This document shows positions 11,690-24,907 of a DNA stretch of 64,000 nucleotides, piece by piece. Source of the stretch: Lama guanicoe (lineage: Eukaryota). The notes under the pieces were generated by a model. It was given only the letters and a program-made list of their open reading frames with translations. It ran no database searches and had not been told where the DNA came from. The stretch lies in contig MU056000.1 in the NCBI GenBank assembly GCA_013239625.1, positions 12,599,175-12,663,174 of the forward strand, in the 5' to 3' direction. A program made the translations under genes and the position numbers. Position 1 is the stretch's first letter. Each line of letters starts with the position of its first letter.

Positions 11690-12047
11690 CGTTATGGACT
11701 GAATGTCTGTGTGCCCCTCAAATTCATACGTTGAGGTCCTAACACCCAGTGTGACTGTTTTTGGAGAAAGGAAGTAATTGAGGTTAAATGAAGTCATAAG
11801 GATGGGGCCCTGATCCAATAGGATTAGTGTCTTTATAAGAGCCACCAGAGAGCCTTTCTCCCTACCATGTGAGGACACAGTGAGAAAGCAGCCATCTGAA
11901 AATTCGGAAAATGACTCTCACCAGAATCCAACCAGGCTGGCACCCTGATCTTGGACTTCCAGCTGCTTCTAGAACTATGAGAAATAAATGTGATTGAAGC
12001 CACCCATCTATGGTATTTTATTATGGCATCCCAAGCTGAGTAATACA
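11690..12047 (+). mobile_element. MaLR solo LTR, MLT1A/A0-like, with 5-bp TSD
   Basis: GTTATGGACTGAATGTCTGTGTGCCCCTCAAATTCATA...CAAGCTGAGTAATACA. TSD AATGT at 11685-11689 and 12048-12052. Confidence 0.92.
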
Positions 12048-13067
12048 AATGTGCATTTGGTGGGGAAAAGTGCTGGTCTTGCTTCATTTATGTGGTTTGT
12101 CTTTTCTGTGAATTTAAACCCACCCAACCAACCAACTAATCAACCAACCAAACAAACAAACAGCCAGTTTCTTTCTGAGTATCTTAAAAGTGTAGAGGAA
12201 TACACTTTACATAAGTGGTATATGTTTCCCATCAGAGTTGTTAGCTAGATTTAAACAGCCACTTTTAAGGTGGAAGATCTAACAGTATTTTAAAGGTCAT
12301 TATCATCAACATTTGTCTGCAATGTACAGACAGAGCCCCTGGGTCTTTTCCATGTTACAGATCTCCTTTGAAGTCCTGGAGACTTTTGCCCCTTGAGCAG
12401 CTATATAGAGTGCAGAGAGGAACAAAACCAGGGGATCAGCATGAACTGCAGGTCTGAGGGAGCTGTATCAAAAGCTCACATGCCAGGCTATTTAATTTGT
12501 TGGCCTGCTCGGTAGAAAGATACCTGCGGGGCAGGGTGGGTTTGAAGAATCAGATGGAGAGAAATATAAATGAATATAATTCACACTATTATTTCTTGGC
12601 AACACTCATACGTGGATGAGAATTTTTTTCTACCCCAGAGCTGGCATTATATCTCTTGCCACTTTCTCTGAGTTAGTACCCTGGCAGCTGAGAGGTGCTG
12701 GAGAAAATCACACAATTGAGCGGACTGGTTTTTTTTTTTTTAGTTCAGGTTATTTTAAACTTTTAATTGGCATTGCTTGATAGTTTTGTGTTTCTCTAGA
12801 TGTTCTTTCCCATTCACTCAGGTTGTTCTTTCATGCCTTCCTCTTGCCCCTAAGCCATCACATCTTCTCCTTTGGCAGATGACTTTTCCTCATTCTTCAC
12901 AGAGATTTTTTTAAAATGCTGTTGGGCCTAATCTTGCAACTTGTCATCACCCATGAGAGTAATCCACCCTCACCTGCACCCTCCCCAGTTATGATGGAGA
13001 AAACAAATATTCTCTCTTCCTACAAAACAGATCAGCTCATGTGAGCTCAGTCTGCTTTTTTGTTCTA

Positions 13068-14190
13068 TGTAGGCAGCTTCTGAACTGGCCCCCAGTGATG
13101 CCCATCTCCTGGTATTTATGCTCTTGGGCAAGCTCCTCACTTAGCGTGTTCACCGGATTTAGTGATTTGCTTTTAATGAGAAGACTATGGCAAAAGTGCT
13201 GGGTTGTCACTTCCGAGACAGGTTATGAAAGACTATATATAGTGTGACTTCTGTCTTTTTTTTTAATTGAAGTATAATTGATTTACAATGTTGTATTAGT
13301 TTCAAGTGTACAGCAAAGTGATTCAGTTATACAAATATATATACGTATTCTTTTTCAGATTCTTTTCCATTGTAAGTTATTATGAGATATTGAATATAGT
13401 TCCCTGTGCTATGCAAGTAGGTCCTTGTTACGTATCTATTATATTTATATAGCAGTGTGTATCTTAATCCCAAACTTATAATTTATCCCTCCCATACTTT
13501 CCCCTTAAGTAACCATAAGTTTGTTTTTTATGTCTGTGTGTCTATTTCTGTTTTGTGAATAAGTTCATTTGTATCATTTTAAAGTTTCTACATGTGAGTG
13601 ATAACATATGTGTCTTTCTTTGTCTGACTTAACTTCACTATGTATGATAATCTCCAGGTCCATCTGTGTTGCTGAAAATGGCATTATTTAATTCTTCTTT
13701 ATGGCTGTGTAGTAGTCCATTGTATAAATATACCACAACTTCTTTATCCAGTCATCTGTCAATGGACATTTGTGTTGTTTCCATGTCTTGGCCATTTTAA
13801 ATAGTGCTGTTATGAACACTAGGGTGTATGTATTTTTTCAAATTAGAGTTTTCTCTGGATATATGCCCAGGAGTGGGATTGATGGATCATATGGTAAGTC
13901 TATTTTTAGTTTTTTAAGGAACAGTCCTCCATAGTGGCTGCACCAATTTACATTCCCACAAACAGTGCAGGAGGGTTCCCTTTTCTCCACACCCTCTCCA
14001 GCATTTATCATTTGTAGACTTTTTGATGATGGCCATTCTGATTGGTGTGAGGTGACCTCATTGTAGTTCTGATTCGCATTTCTCTAATAATTAGCGATGT
14101 TGAGCATCTTTTCATGTGCCTGTTGGCCATCTGTATGTGTGACTTCTGTCTTGCTTTTGCTCTGTTTCACTTGCTTGCTGGATGGAGCAG
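13068..14190 (+). mobile_element. MLT1E/F-like LTR 5' portion, split by an L1 insertion
   Basis: TGTAGGCAGCTTCTGAACTGGCCCCCAGTGATGCCCATCTCCTGGTATT...GTCACTTCCGAGACAGGTTAT. LTR-like sequence resumes briefly after 14152. Confidence 0.8.
13258..14136 (-). mobile_element. L1 3' fragment (~880 bp) with perfect 16-bp TSD
   Basis: TSD GTGTGACTTCTGTCTT at 13242-13257 and 14137-14152. L1 ORF2 end and 3'UTR lie in reverse. Confidence 0.96.
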
Positions 14191-14900
14191 GAGTGGGAAT
14201 ATTGTCATCAGGACCATTTCTCTCCACATCTGGGCTCCACTGGTGTTATACTTGTGGTGGTGGTGATGTCTCCATGTTCCTATTGTCTTCATAGGCAGAG
14301 TATCAGACAACATAGCTTACAGAACATAGAAACATGTTTGTCCTCTGAGTTAAAACCTTCTTATCATATTTGATAAATACAAAGTTAGATATATTAGCAT
14401 GCATTTTTCTATAACTACATTAGCTGTTAGTTATATATAAGCTTCTTAATTTGCTCTCAATCTGAGTCTTTCAATCTTACTTCAATTCAAAACCCCAACC
14501 TAGTTGACATAGATGAGGAATTGATTAGGTACAAACCACTTCCTTGGGAGAGAAAAAGATTATGATTATTTTAGAAGATGCAAGATTTTCTTGATAACTT
14601 ACAGAATATTAAGTTGGCAGAAGAACAGGAAGAAAAACCTGGTGCTCTTGAAAAATATCCACACTCTACTCACTTTCTCATTTGCTTCCTTATACACAGG
14701 TAGCCTGACTCTGGGTGAATATGGCATTGTGCAGCCCAAGGCTGCAGTTGTTTTAAATTTTAGCCCCTTAATAATGAAAAAGCTTCTCAAAGGACTGAGA
14801 GGTAGTTCTCAAGTGCTAAGTCTACAGACATGATTCTGATCTCTCTGGGGGCATAGGCCCATAGCAGGTGCCAAAGCTCCATCAAAAAGCACCATGTGAG

Positions 14901-15597
14901 CTGTTGGTGGAAATGTAAATTGGTGCAACTACTATGGAGGACAGTATAGAGGTTCCTTAAAATATTAAAAATAAACTTACCATATGATGCAGGATCTGGA
15001 GAAAACTCTAATTTGAAAAGACACATGCAGCCCAATGTTCATAGCAGCACTATTTACAGCAGCCAGGAAATGGAAACAACCTAAATGTCCACGACGATGA
15101 CTGGATAAAGAAGCTGTGGTACACTTATACAATGGAATACTACTCAGCCATAAAAAGAATTAAATAATGCCATTTGCAGCAACATGGATGGACCAAGAGA
15201 TTATGATACTAAGTGAAGTAAATCAGATAGCAAAAGACAAATGTATAATATCACTTATATGTGGATTCTAAAAAAGAAAGATACTAATTTTATTTACAAA
15301 CCAGAAATAGGCTCACAAACATAGATAAAATTATGGTTATTAAAGGGGAAAGGGGAGGGAGGGATAAACTAGGAGTTTGGGAATAACAGATACACACTAC
15401 TATATATAAAACAGATAAATGACAAGGACCTATTGTGCAGCGCAGGGAACTATATTCATTATCTTAAAATAAGCTATAATGGAAAAAGTCTGAAAAATAT
15501 ATGTACATATGTGTATAATTGAAGCAATTTGCTGTACATCTAAAACCAACATTGTAAATCAACTACACTTCATAAAAAGTAAAATTAAAAATTAAAA
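14901..15597 (+). mobile_element. L1 3' fragment with A-rich tail
   Basis: CTGTTGGTGGAAATGTAAATTGGTGC...CAATGGAATACTACTCAGCCATAAAAAGAA...ATTGTAAATCAACTACACTTC plus A-tail. Degenerate TSD AAAAAGCACCATGTGAG / AAAAATCAGTGTGTGAG. Confidence 0.95.
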
Positions 15598-16789
15598 AAA
15601 AATCAGTGTGTGAGTATTAGTTTATGTGAGATCCTGAATGCAAATGGGGACATCAGAGAATGATGGGAAGTCAGCGTCCTCTGGCTCTCCGCCGTGTACC
15701 TGGTGTAAATAAGCACTAAATAGGTGTGTATTAACTGACTTGAGTGAGCAGGTCTTAGGTAGGACAGTTAGACATTGAGGTGGAAGTTAAAAGAAAAATT
15801 GCTATTTGAATAGCTAGCTGCTTGCTGAATTTAATCTCTGTACTCTGAAAAGACTCAGTAAATGTTCCTTTGTATAATCAACTGATATTCAATTAACTTG
15901 TAATAACTACTTTAATAATTCTAGAGCAGTAATTTGAGTCTCCTGAAAAGTTGGCTAGCATTTTCCTTTGTTAGTCTCTTCTGGGGAAATGACTCACAGG
16001 TATCATAAATATTAATTGCTGGGTGGAGATTCTCCCTTTTTTTCCCTTTCTTCTTTTTTAATACAATGATGAGCATGTTGCACTACTATTAAATAATTCT
16101 TGACTTTTAAAAAAATCATTTGGAAGTTGCTAAAAATTTTTGGACAGAGAGAAGATTTTATTCAGTTGTGGACTCACATGGCAAAAGAAAACTGGCTCCA
16201 GTTGTTGAATTTCTGCTTCCCTTGAAAAGCTGATTAAAAATGGAACTGGAGAACATGTAATTACGCCAATGGAATGATTATGTGACATTGAAAAACTGGT
16301 CACCCTGGGTGGTTAACTGTGTGATTAAGAAAACAATAATAGCGTGGACAATGTGAACCTTGTCCAGTAGTGATCACAATTTGCATTTTGCTTCTGCAAA
16401 GCACAAATAGGTTAACTGAACACCAAAGAGCAGTGGACTGCCTATGATTTGCATCTTTATATGGTGATTAAGAATTTAATAAATTAGAATATAATATTTA
16501 TACCACTGTATGACTAAAATATCCTCTCAACTTCCTGCTCTTATGAGGTTTGAAAGAAAGAAAGGACTGTATTCTTCAATTATGCAATGGATAACTATTA
16601 ATTTTCTAACATTTTCCAATGATTGCTTGCTGTAAAAATGTAAAATGGTGCCAGAAGCTTTAGCATGTATTATTCACACTGTAATTTTGGTTTATTTCCT
16701 TCTAGACTTTTTTCCAGCACATATTTTTTAGAACAGTTGTAATCATGTTATACATGTAATTTATCCTGACTTTTTAAAACTTAATGTTA

Positions 16790-17110
16790 TAAATGTTAGT
16801 TATGTTTATAATAGCAAAAAATCTGGAAGCAAAGTAAATATGCACCATATTCAGTGGACTCACGGCACTCTTAAAGATATTGGTTATGAAATATATAATT
16901 TATTTAACAATCCCCATATAACTGGCTATCTGGATTCTATTTTATATTTTATTATTACAAATGAGACAAATACTGTCATGCATATTATTTTATGCACATA
17001 GATTCTTCCAGGGTTTTGACTGTTCTATTAGGAGAAAAGTCTACGGAAGAAATTAGTGGGTGAAAATTTGTAAATCTCTCTTTAAATGACTTTTGATACA
17101 AATATTATTC
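16790..17110. mobile_element. Old L1M(E)-type fragments
   Basis: TGTTTATAATAGCAAAAAATCTGGAAGC (plus) followed by TTATTTAACAATCCCC...TATTACAAATG (minus). Confidence 0.5.
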
Positions 17111-18101
17111 AGGAGCTATTTGTTTTCAAGTGTCATTGACTAGCTTAGAAATAAAGGGAGGATTTTTTAGATTCAAATGATCATGCATGTAACAGTAGGA
17201 AGGGACTGCACATCTGGATGGCTGAAACCAGGGACTTAAATGTCCCAGGGCTTTTTCTGAATCCATGTCTCTCCAAGGCTCAGTGGTCGGCCTCATTTCA
17301 TTATTTGTTGGTCAGCTTTTTTTCTCCCTGGAGTGAACACACCTCTCCAAACTTCTGTGTTTCTACTAATAACAAGCGATTGGATTTAATTCCAAGAGGA
17401 AAGGTCTTAGAGGTACCTTAATCCCAGCCTGGTTTGGTCAGGGAGTTACTATGGACCAGTCCACCTGGCAAATTGGGCAAGATCCCACAACAGAGAAGAG
17501 GTCTCAAGTCCTTTAATTAGGTCCATTTCTGGAGAATGCAGAGCTTAGGTGGGCCAGGTGTTCCTGTTATTTATGCTCATATGTGACCAAATTACCTTAT
17601 CAGTTGGCAATCCTGGCAATAACATACTGATTTTTACCACTCTTTAACCAGTGTTGACTATTGGAGCTATTATTATTATTATTATAATTCTCTAATATTT
17701 TCATTTTTAGATCAAGCAGGTGGACTGAATACATGTAGATAAGTCCTCATTTACTCCAATTCCACTGGAATGACATTAAGTACAACAGGAAGAAATCCGT
17801 AAGAACTCTGAAAATGAGATGAAGAGCCCTAGGATAGTTAGTGATTTTGATCCTTTTATGGGAGACACAAAGATCATTTTGATGGATGAGAGAGCAGAGG
17901 AGGTTACAGTCCAGAACATGTACACAGAATGCCATGGGGGAGGGAGAAATTGTTCTTACTGATAGAGCCCCAGAGGGGCTTCATGCTCAGGGTCTATAAA
18001 TACGTAGAGAAAATGGGGAAGGTCAGCTACTGGAGAGATGACTGACTGAAGGAGGCGACACCACGTGCTTTCTACTACCCTTGTTCAGGGCTTTTCCACT
18101 C

Positions 18102-18239
18102 TTTTTTTTTTGTGGGGGGGAAGGTAATTAGGTTTATTTATTTGTTTGTTTATTTCCTTATTAATGAAGGTACTGGGGATTGTACCCAGGACCTGGGGCA
18201 TGCTAAGCATGTTCTCAACCACTGAGCTATACCCTCCCC
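18102..18239 (-). mobile_element. Camelid tRNA-derived SINE (Vic-1-like)
   Basis: Reverse reads GGGGAGGGTATAGCTCAGTGGTTGAG (A box)...CCTGGGTACAATCCCCAGTACC (B-box-like)...AAACCTAATTACC plus poly(A). Degenerate TSD GGGCTTTTCCACTCTT / GGGCATTTCTATTCTT. Confidence 0.9.
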
Positions 18240-18408
18240 GACTGGGCATTTCTATTCTTAATCATGTAGAGTGACTGCAGCAACATGTGCTGCCCAGGGA
18301 GAAAAACCCAGAGAATTGTCCACTAAACTGGTGGCATATGTTTAGTTAGCAATCTTAGAGGGGAGTTGACACCCAAGACTAAAGCCTTTCCCATTTAGAC
18401 ATGAAAGA

Positions 18409-19471
18409 TGCTTCAATTGTCTATTACTGAATAACAAAGAACTTAAAGCTTAGTGGCTTAAAGATAACAATTCATTTGTTCCCCCCTCAAGATTATGTGA
18501 GTCGGCTGGGCTCCACTGCATGGTTCTTCTCCTTGACCTGGTGTTGACTGACTTAATTACATTCTGTTGGGAGCTCAAGGTGCTGAAACAACCAAGATGG
18601 CTTCACTCATGTGTCTGGTGCTTCAACTGGAGTATCTGCAATGTCTGTGGGCTCAGTGGGCCTCTCTTTCTCCACATTATCTCTCATCATTCTATAGCCT
18701 AACCCAAACTTCCTTACATAGCAGTTGAGTTCTAGCACTAGAGTTGAATGCGCAAGGTCACACAGCATCACTTCAACCCTATTCCATGTGTCATCACAAG
18801 TCACAAGGCTAGGCCATGTTCAAGAAGATGAGAAAAACTCTACCATTTGATGAGAGAAATGGCATAGATAATAGTTAGTTTTACATGTCAATTTGACTGG
18901 GCCATGGTGTGCCAGACATTTGGATCAACATCACTTTGGGTGTGCCTGTGGAGGTGTTTCTGGGTGAGATTAGCATTCGAATTGGTCCACTGAGTAAAGC
19001 AAATGGCCTTCCTTAATGTAGGTGGGCCTCATCCAATCAGTTGAAGGCCTGAGTAGAACAAAAAAGATGCATTAAGAAGGAACCTCTCCTGCTTGATTGC
19101 TGAGCTGGGACATTGTCTTTTCTGGCCTTTGAACTCAGACTGAAACATTGGCTCTTCTTGACTCACGAGCTTACCTGCTTTTGGACTGGGACTTACACTT
19201 TTGGTTCACTTGGTTCCCAGACTGTTGAATTTAGACTGAAACTGCACATCAGCTCTTCTGGGTCTCCAGCTTGCTGACCACAGGTCTTGGGATTTCTCAA
19301 CCTCCAAAATCATGTGAGCCAATTTCATATAATAAATCCCTTTGTCTCTCTCTCTCTCTCTCCAAAATATCTGATTGGTTCTACTTCTCTGGAGAACCCT
19401 CACTCATACAGCATGCATAGATATGAATGGTAGAGATCATTGGTGACCAGTTTTTCAGATATTCTACCACA
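18409..19471 (-). mobile_element. MaLR LTR, MLT1H-like, interrupted by MLT2
   Basis: CTTAGTGGCTTAAA...CCAAGATGGCTTCACTCATGTGTCTGG...AAGTCACAAGGCTAGGCC. Ends CTACCACA at 19471. Confidence 0.8.
18867..19410 (+). mobile_element. ERVL solo LTR, MLT2B-like
   Basis: TGTCAATTTGACTGGGCC...GGTGGGCCTCATCCAATCAGTTGAAGGCCTGA...CTCTGGAGAACCCTCACTCATACA. TSD GCATA / GCATG. Confidence 0.92.
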
Positions 19472-19768
19472 AAGGTGGTGAGTGTGAACATTTGCACTCC
19501 AAAGAGAGTTTTTCCATTGCTACTTCTTGGCTATGTGCACAGAGCTAGGATTCAGTACTGCCAATCAGGCAAGAGGAAACAGAACTACACTAAGTCTTAT
19601 ATTGCCAGGCTGTATTTCTAAATATGAACATTTAACAAAGAATCTGAAACATTTAAGGAGGATTGCCAGCATGGTAGAAAAGCAGCAAGATGAAAATACA
19701 ATGATTAATTCTGGAAGAAAAAGATAATTCAATGAACAGAGTAGAACTTTAAAATAATTATAATTATG

Positions 19769-20265
19769 CCTATTAGTTCCCTATTACTTCTATAGCAAAT
19801 TACCACAAACTTAGTGGCTTAAACAACACAGTTTATTACCTCTGGAGGTCAGAAGTCTGACATCGTTCTCATTGGGCTAAAGTCAAGGTGTTGGCATGAC
19901 TCATTCTTTTTTGGAGGTTCTAGGGGAGAATATGTTTTCTTGCCTTTTCTACCTTCTAGAGGCTGCCTGTGTTCCTTGGCTCATGGAACTTCCTTCATCT
20001 TCAAAGCCAGCAATAGTCAGCTGAGTCTGTCTCATACTGCCATCTCTCTGGTTTTGACCCTCCTACCTTCCTCTTTCCCATTTAAGTGATTATACTGGGG
20101 CCACCTGTACAATTCAAGATATTTTTCTTAAGGTCAACTGATTAGCAACCTTAATCTCATCTGCGACAATAATTCCCTCTTTCCATGGAACACAAAACAC
20201 TCATAGGGTCTGAAGATCAGATTAAGAACAACTTTGGGTGGTGGGGGTGTGTTTTGTCCTATTCA
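19769..20265 (-). mobile_element. MaLR LTR, MLT1D-like
   Basis: CAAATTACCACAAACTTAGTGGCTTAAACAACAC...TCTAGAGGCTGCC...AAGGTCAACTGATTAGCAACCTTAAT. Confidence 0.88.
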
Positions 20266-21649
20266 TCAGTTCCTAGGGAACTTTGAAAAGAAACCCAATT
20301 CTATGAAAATAGGAAGTAGACAATTTCTTCTTGATTTGGTAGCATTTGTATGTTGGCAGAAACTCAAATATATAGCTTCTCAGTAAGCAATTGCTTGTTG
20401 GATGGTTGGAAGGGAGAGATAGAAGACAGCAGTAACTGGATCCTGGGAATTTTTCAGGTCTTGGTAACATGGATGATATTTAGGGGTGTAGATGTATCCT
20501 TAGAGAAATTCTACAGGGTGAGTGAGGGGCTATGGAGAAGGACTTTGCTTTCAGATATTTGCTTACCAAATGATATTTGGGAGAAACATGGGTGATACCC
20601 AGGGAGTTTGAAGTGTGTGAGCGGCACTAATTGGGAAGGAGGTGGGACATCTGGAATCATAATTTGCATTATTTGTGGTCTGGGTCAGAAGTGCCTTATT
20701 CAGGTATTTTTATGATCTAATGTTGGTGAGACTGGAGAAGAAGGCAGCCTTTCTACTTTGTTATAGGTGTAGATGATGACTGGGCTAAAGGAACCAACTT
20801 CAAGGTCCCAAACAGGCAGCTGGACTGTGGGATTAGGAAAGGCTGAAATACCCGTGGAAATTAAAGTTGCAGTGGTGCAGGCAATGGAGTAGATTCTCCA
20901 CAGAAATATTTTTTCTTCTGTTTACTTCTTCAACATAAAAATTATTTCTCCCTCTGGTCTGAGTGTGATGCTCTGTTAGTTTATGCCTCATCACCTTTAC
21001 AGAGGATGTCTGCTTTATTTCTTTTTAAAATTCCCTGAAATAAATCCTTTTTATTTAGTATTCTTCATATATGTGTAAACAAAGTGTTCTACAGAATCTA
21101 AACAACTAGAGCTTTGAATTTTGAACAACTATGAGAAAACTGAGGACCAGAGATTCAAGAAAAAAATGTGTAAACTCTACTGTGGTTCCCAGAGCTAGCT
21201 TTAATGATAAGCCATTCAACTGAACTTCTCTCAGGATCGGGGACAGAAAGCTGCACTTAAAAACCCACTGGGATTTTTTTTTTTGTTTGGTTCAGGATGA
21301 GTAATGGTGCCATGTGATAGAAGATATATTTTGAATTATCTCAAGCATAAGAGCCTTAGTTTTATGAGCCGGGAGTTTCAGTATGTTTTGTGTCAGGAAT
21401 AATCCTACATGACATGGTCCATGACCCTTTAACATTCTGGAACACAGAAAAACTTTTAAGTCTTAACAGAGTCAACAAGTAGCAGCACGTTGTTACTTTT
21501 TTGTTCAAATTTGAAGTATTATACCTCAGACTCTCTATTAGATACAGGATTTTAAATGTGGTTTTATATTTAAGCTTCACGAATATTATAGGAATTGAGA
21601 CTTTGATGTTCTGCTCCATAATGGCCTGTAGGTATACACATATATTTTC

Positions 21650-22345
21650 ATAATAAACTATTTATTTTGGAATCATTTTAGGTTTGCAGAAAAGTCACAA
21701 AGAGAGCATAGAGAGTCTCACATATCCTTCCTCTGGCTCTGCGTTTCCCCTCATATCATTATCTTACATGACTGTGGTGTATTTGTCAAAGCTAAGTAAC
21801 CTACATTGCTACGTTCCTATTAACTGAACTGCAGACTATATTTAGATTTCATCGGTCTTTCCCCAGTGTCCTTTTGCTGTTTCCAGGATCTCACCCAGGA
21901 CACCCCGTTGCATTTAGTCTCATGTCTCCTTGGCTTCCTCTGTTCTGTGATAGTTTCTCAGTCTTTCCTTGTTTTTCATTCTCTTGATAGTTTTGAAAGT
22001 ATTGGTCAGATGTTTTATAGAATGTTCCTCAATTTGAAGTTTGTCTGATGTTTTCCTCATGATTCGACTAGGTTATGGGTTTAGGGGCAGAAAACCACGG
22101 AGGAAATGCCCTTCTCATCACCAAGAATCGGAGGTGACGTGACGGGGGCCCATGTGACTTCGCGTCGGTGGCGTTAATTCGATCACTTGGCTAAGATCGT
22201 GCTCATTGGGTTTCTAGACTGAAGAGTTGCCATTTCCCTTTTTCTTTGGAAGGGACTCACTAAATTCAGCTCACACCCAGCAGAGCGAAGGGATTGCTCT
22301 TTACACTCTTACATGTATTTACATGTATTATTTGGAGTTCAAAAC
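21650..22345 (-). mobile_element. Ancient L1MC-type 3' end
   Basis: TTTAGGTTTGCAGAAAAG...TGTTTCCAGGATCTCACCCAGGACACCCCGTTGCATTTAG...GATCACTTGGCTAAG. Confidence 0.8.
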
Positions 22346-22812
22346 CATCTTTTGATAATGCTTTAAGTATCTTACCCTCAGTGAACCTATATTTTGTGTG
22401 TGTGAAGAAAGAAAATACCATATATAAAGGCCTTAGTGCAAGCTTTTTCTTACTGTCTCTGTGCTGAGCAGAGTGTGTGTTTGATGCCGTGTTGACACTC
22501 TTGAACCGTTGGTCTAAAACGCCCAACCATATTGACCTGTGCAGGATTATGGTGGAAGTAAGTGGAGGGAAATTTGCACATTCTTTTGAATGTATTCAGA
22601 TGAAGTGAAGCTCATTTCTAAGTGTGGAATGTAATAAACACATGGATTTTAAACCAAAGTTAGGGTATGAAAAGCTCCACACAGTTACTCATTTGTGTGT
22701 CTGTTTCAACTATGTCTCCACACACACTCAGTGGCCAGCTGACAAGTAGGTTTCTATCATGATTTGCATTACTGCCTCCCCCTGGGACCTTAGCATCCAT
22801 CTCTTGAGCAGA

Positions 22813-23262
22813 TGTTAGGGGCTGAATTGTGCCCCTTCAAAATTCATATGTTGAAACTCTAACCCTCAGTACTTCCAAACGTGACCTTATTGAGAAATAG
22901 ACTCTGTGCAGATGTAGATGGTAAGATGAGGTCATTAGGGTGGGCCCTAATCTATTTGACTGATGTCCCTATAAAAAGGGACAATGTTGTCATATAGGGA
23001 GAATGTCATGTAACAATTAAGGCAGAAATCAGGGCAATGTGTTTGTGAACCAACAACACCAAAGATTTCCAGAAAGCACCAGAAGTTAGGTGAAAGGTAT
23101 GGAACAGATAGATTCTTTCTCACAGAGTGCAGGAGGATTCAACCTTGCCAACACCTTGATCTTGGATTTACAGCCTCCAGAACTGTGAGACAATAAAATT
23201 TCCATTGTTTTAGCCAGTCAGCTTGCTGTGCTTTGTTACAGCACCTTTAGCAAACTAATACA
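22813..23262 (+). mobile_element. MaLR solo LTR, MLT1C-like
   Basis: TGTTAGGGGCTGAATTGTGCCCC...GCCTCCAGAACTGTGAGACAATAAA...AAACTAATACA. TSD GCAGA / GTAGA. Confidence 0.9.
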
Positions 23263-24907
23263 GTAGATCGTTGAAGCTGAACTGAGCCAACCAGCTTTTG
23301 TGGCTCCAAACTTGGTTGATTGTAAATCCTTCTTGGTCATAGACTCCAGAAGGAATCTGCAGCTTCTCACTTACCATCAGCCTTTCACAGTGAGACGGTT
23401 CTACTAAATGTTCATTTAAGATTGTTCTATGATGTGGAATTGTATTGTATTGTATTGAAATTTGTAATATTTCTGACCGTGTATAAGGTCTTTGCCTTCC
23501 AAAACCTTTGCCAAGGTCTGACAGCTTGCTGTCTACTGGCACTGTTGTGATGACAAACAAAAAAGTGCTGGTTTTGGTAGTCAAACTCCTGCCCCCTTCC
23601 TGGTGTTTGAACCTGTTAGTCGAGCTGTTCAGCTTTGCCTGATTTGGCCCTAGGTGAGGTGAGCTGCGTGTCTTCCTGATAAAGCAGCGTTACCTTCCAG
23701 GGTGGAATGAAATGTGGTTGTTCGATCTAAAATTTGAGTTGAAAAAGTTTGTGCATTTTCTGTGGGAATCGAGTCCAGCATGCTTCTCTGAGAATCCCCC
23801 AGTCAGCCAGCACTGCATTAACCGGGTTCCTCAGACCACCTGTGGCTCGGGCAGGGGAGGGTGGGCATAGCTCCATACAGCTGTTTACCTGGTACCTTGC
23901 AGGCTAGGAAACCTGTTTCCCAACTCATCCAGGGACCAGAGTGTGTTCACTTTCCATGAAAGAATTAATTAAAGTCATCGGCTGGGAGGTGGAGAAAAAT
24001 GTTGGTGGGTGATTATATTCATTAAAGGAATTTGAAAATTAACTCCTTAAAAGATATTATCATATACTAACACTGCTCCAGGATAGTTTAGCTAGAAGAG
24101 TTAACTTATTTCTCAGGTGTGCCTGATGAAGTGTCGTTATGTCTGTTTAGCATTTACAGGAACTGAAATGTGGAAATGAATGAAAACCTCTCAGATGCAC
24201 CTCCTCCTCCTCTGCTCTGAAGTGTATAATTCAAATGTAATCGAAACTGACATTTCCCTAGGAAGGTAGCTTGGACGTTTGAGTAGGCAAATGAAAACTT
24301 GGCATTTTTGTCTATTTTCAACAAGCTGTTGTCAAGTGCAGTTTTGGTAGCTTGGGGGTTGTGATGGGGGAAACAGGCTCCCACAGTCCTCTGATGTGCT
24401 TCCTTTAAAAGGAGGAAATACAGTACCAAGACGGCGCTCCCTAAGGATGGAGGGTGGACATAGCTGGGGAGGGACCATTGGAGGATGGAGCCCAATGAGC
24501 ATCGCTGTCTCACCGAGGGTCACCAGTTTAGGAGACTAGATGCAACTTCCAGGTTTGGGTAGCATATATTCTGCTGAATTCACTTCTTATATTTTATAAT
24601 TGGCTTTTCATTTTTAGAGCAAAAATTCTAATTCATGTCCAAATGTGACTATTCCATCTCTTTTTGTCATTAGTGTGTTCTTAAGAGAAAGGCCACCAGC
24701 TCTGATTTCTCCATCTGTCAACTCCTTGTCTCCTATCTGGAAATTACCGCAGAGTCTGGATGATCAGGAGGGTGGTTTGGGGGCAATTTTTCATTCTCAG
24801 AATAGCGCCAAACCTTAAACTGGGAGGTGATGAGGGAGGGAAAGAGAGCACTTCTGACAGCTAAGATAAATAAAATTAAAAAAAAAAAGTGAGTGGGGAC
24901 CTAAATA

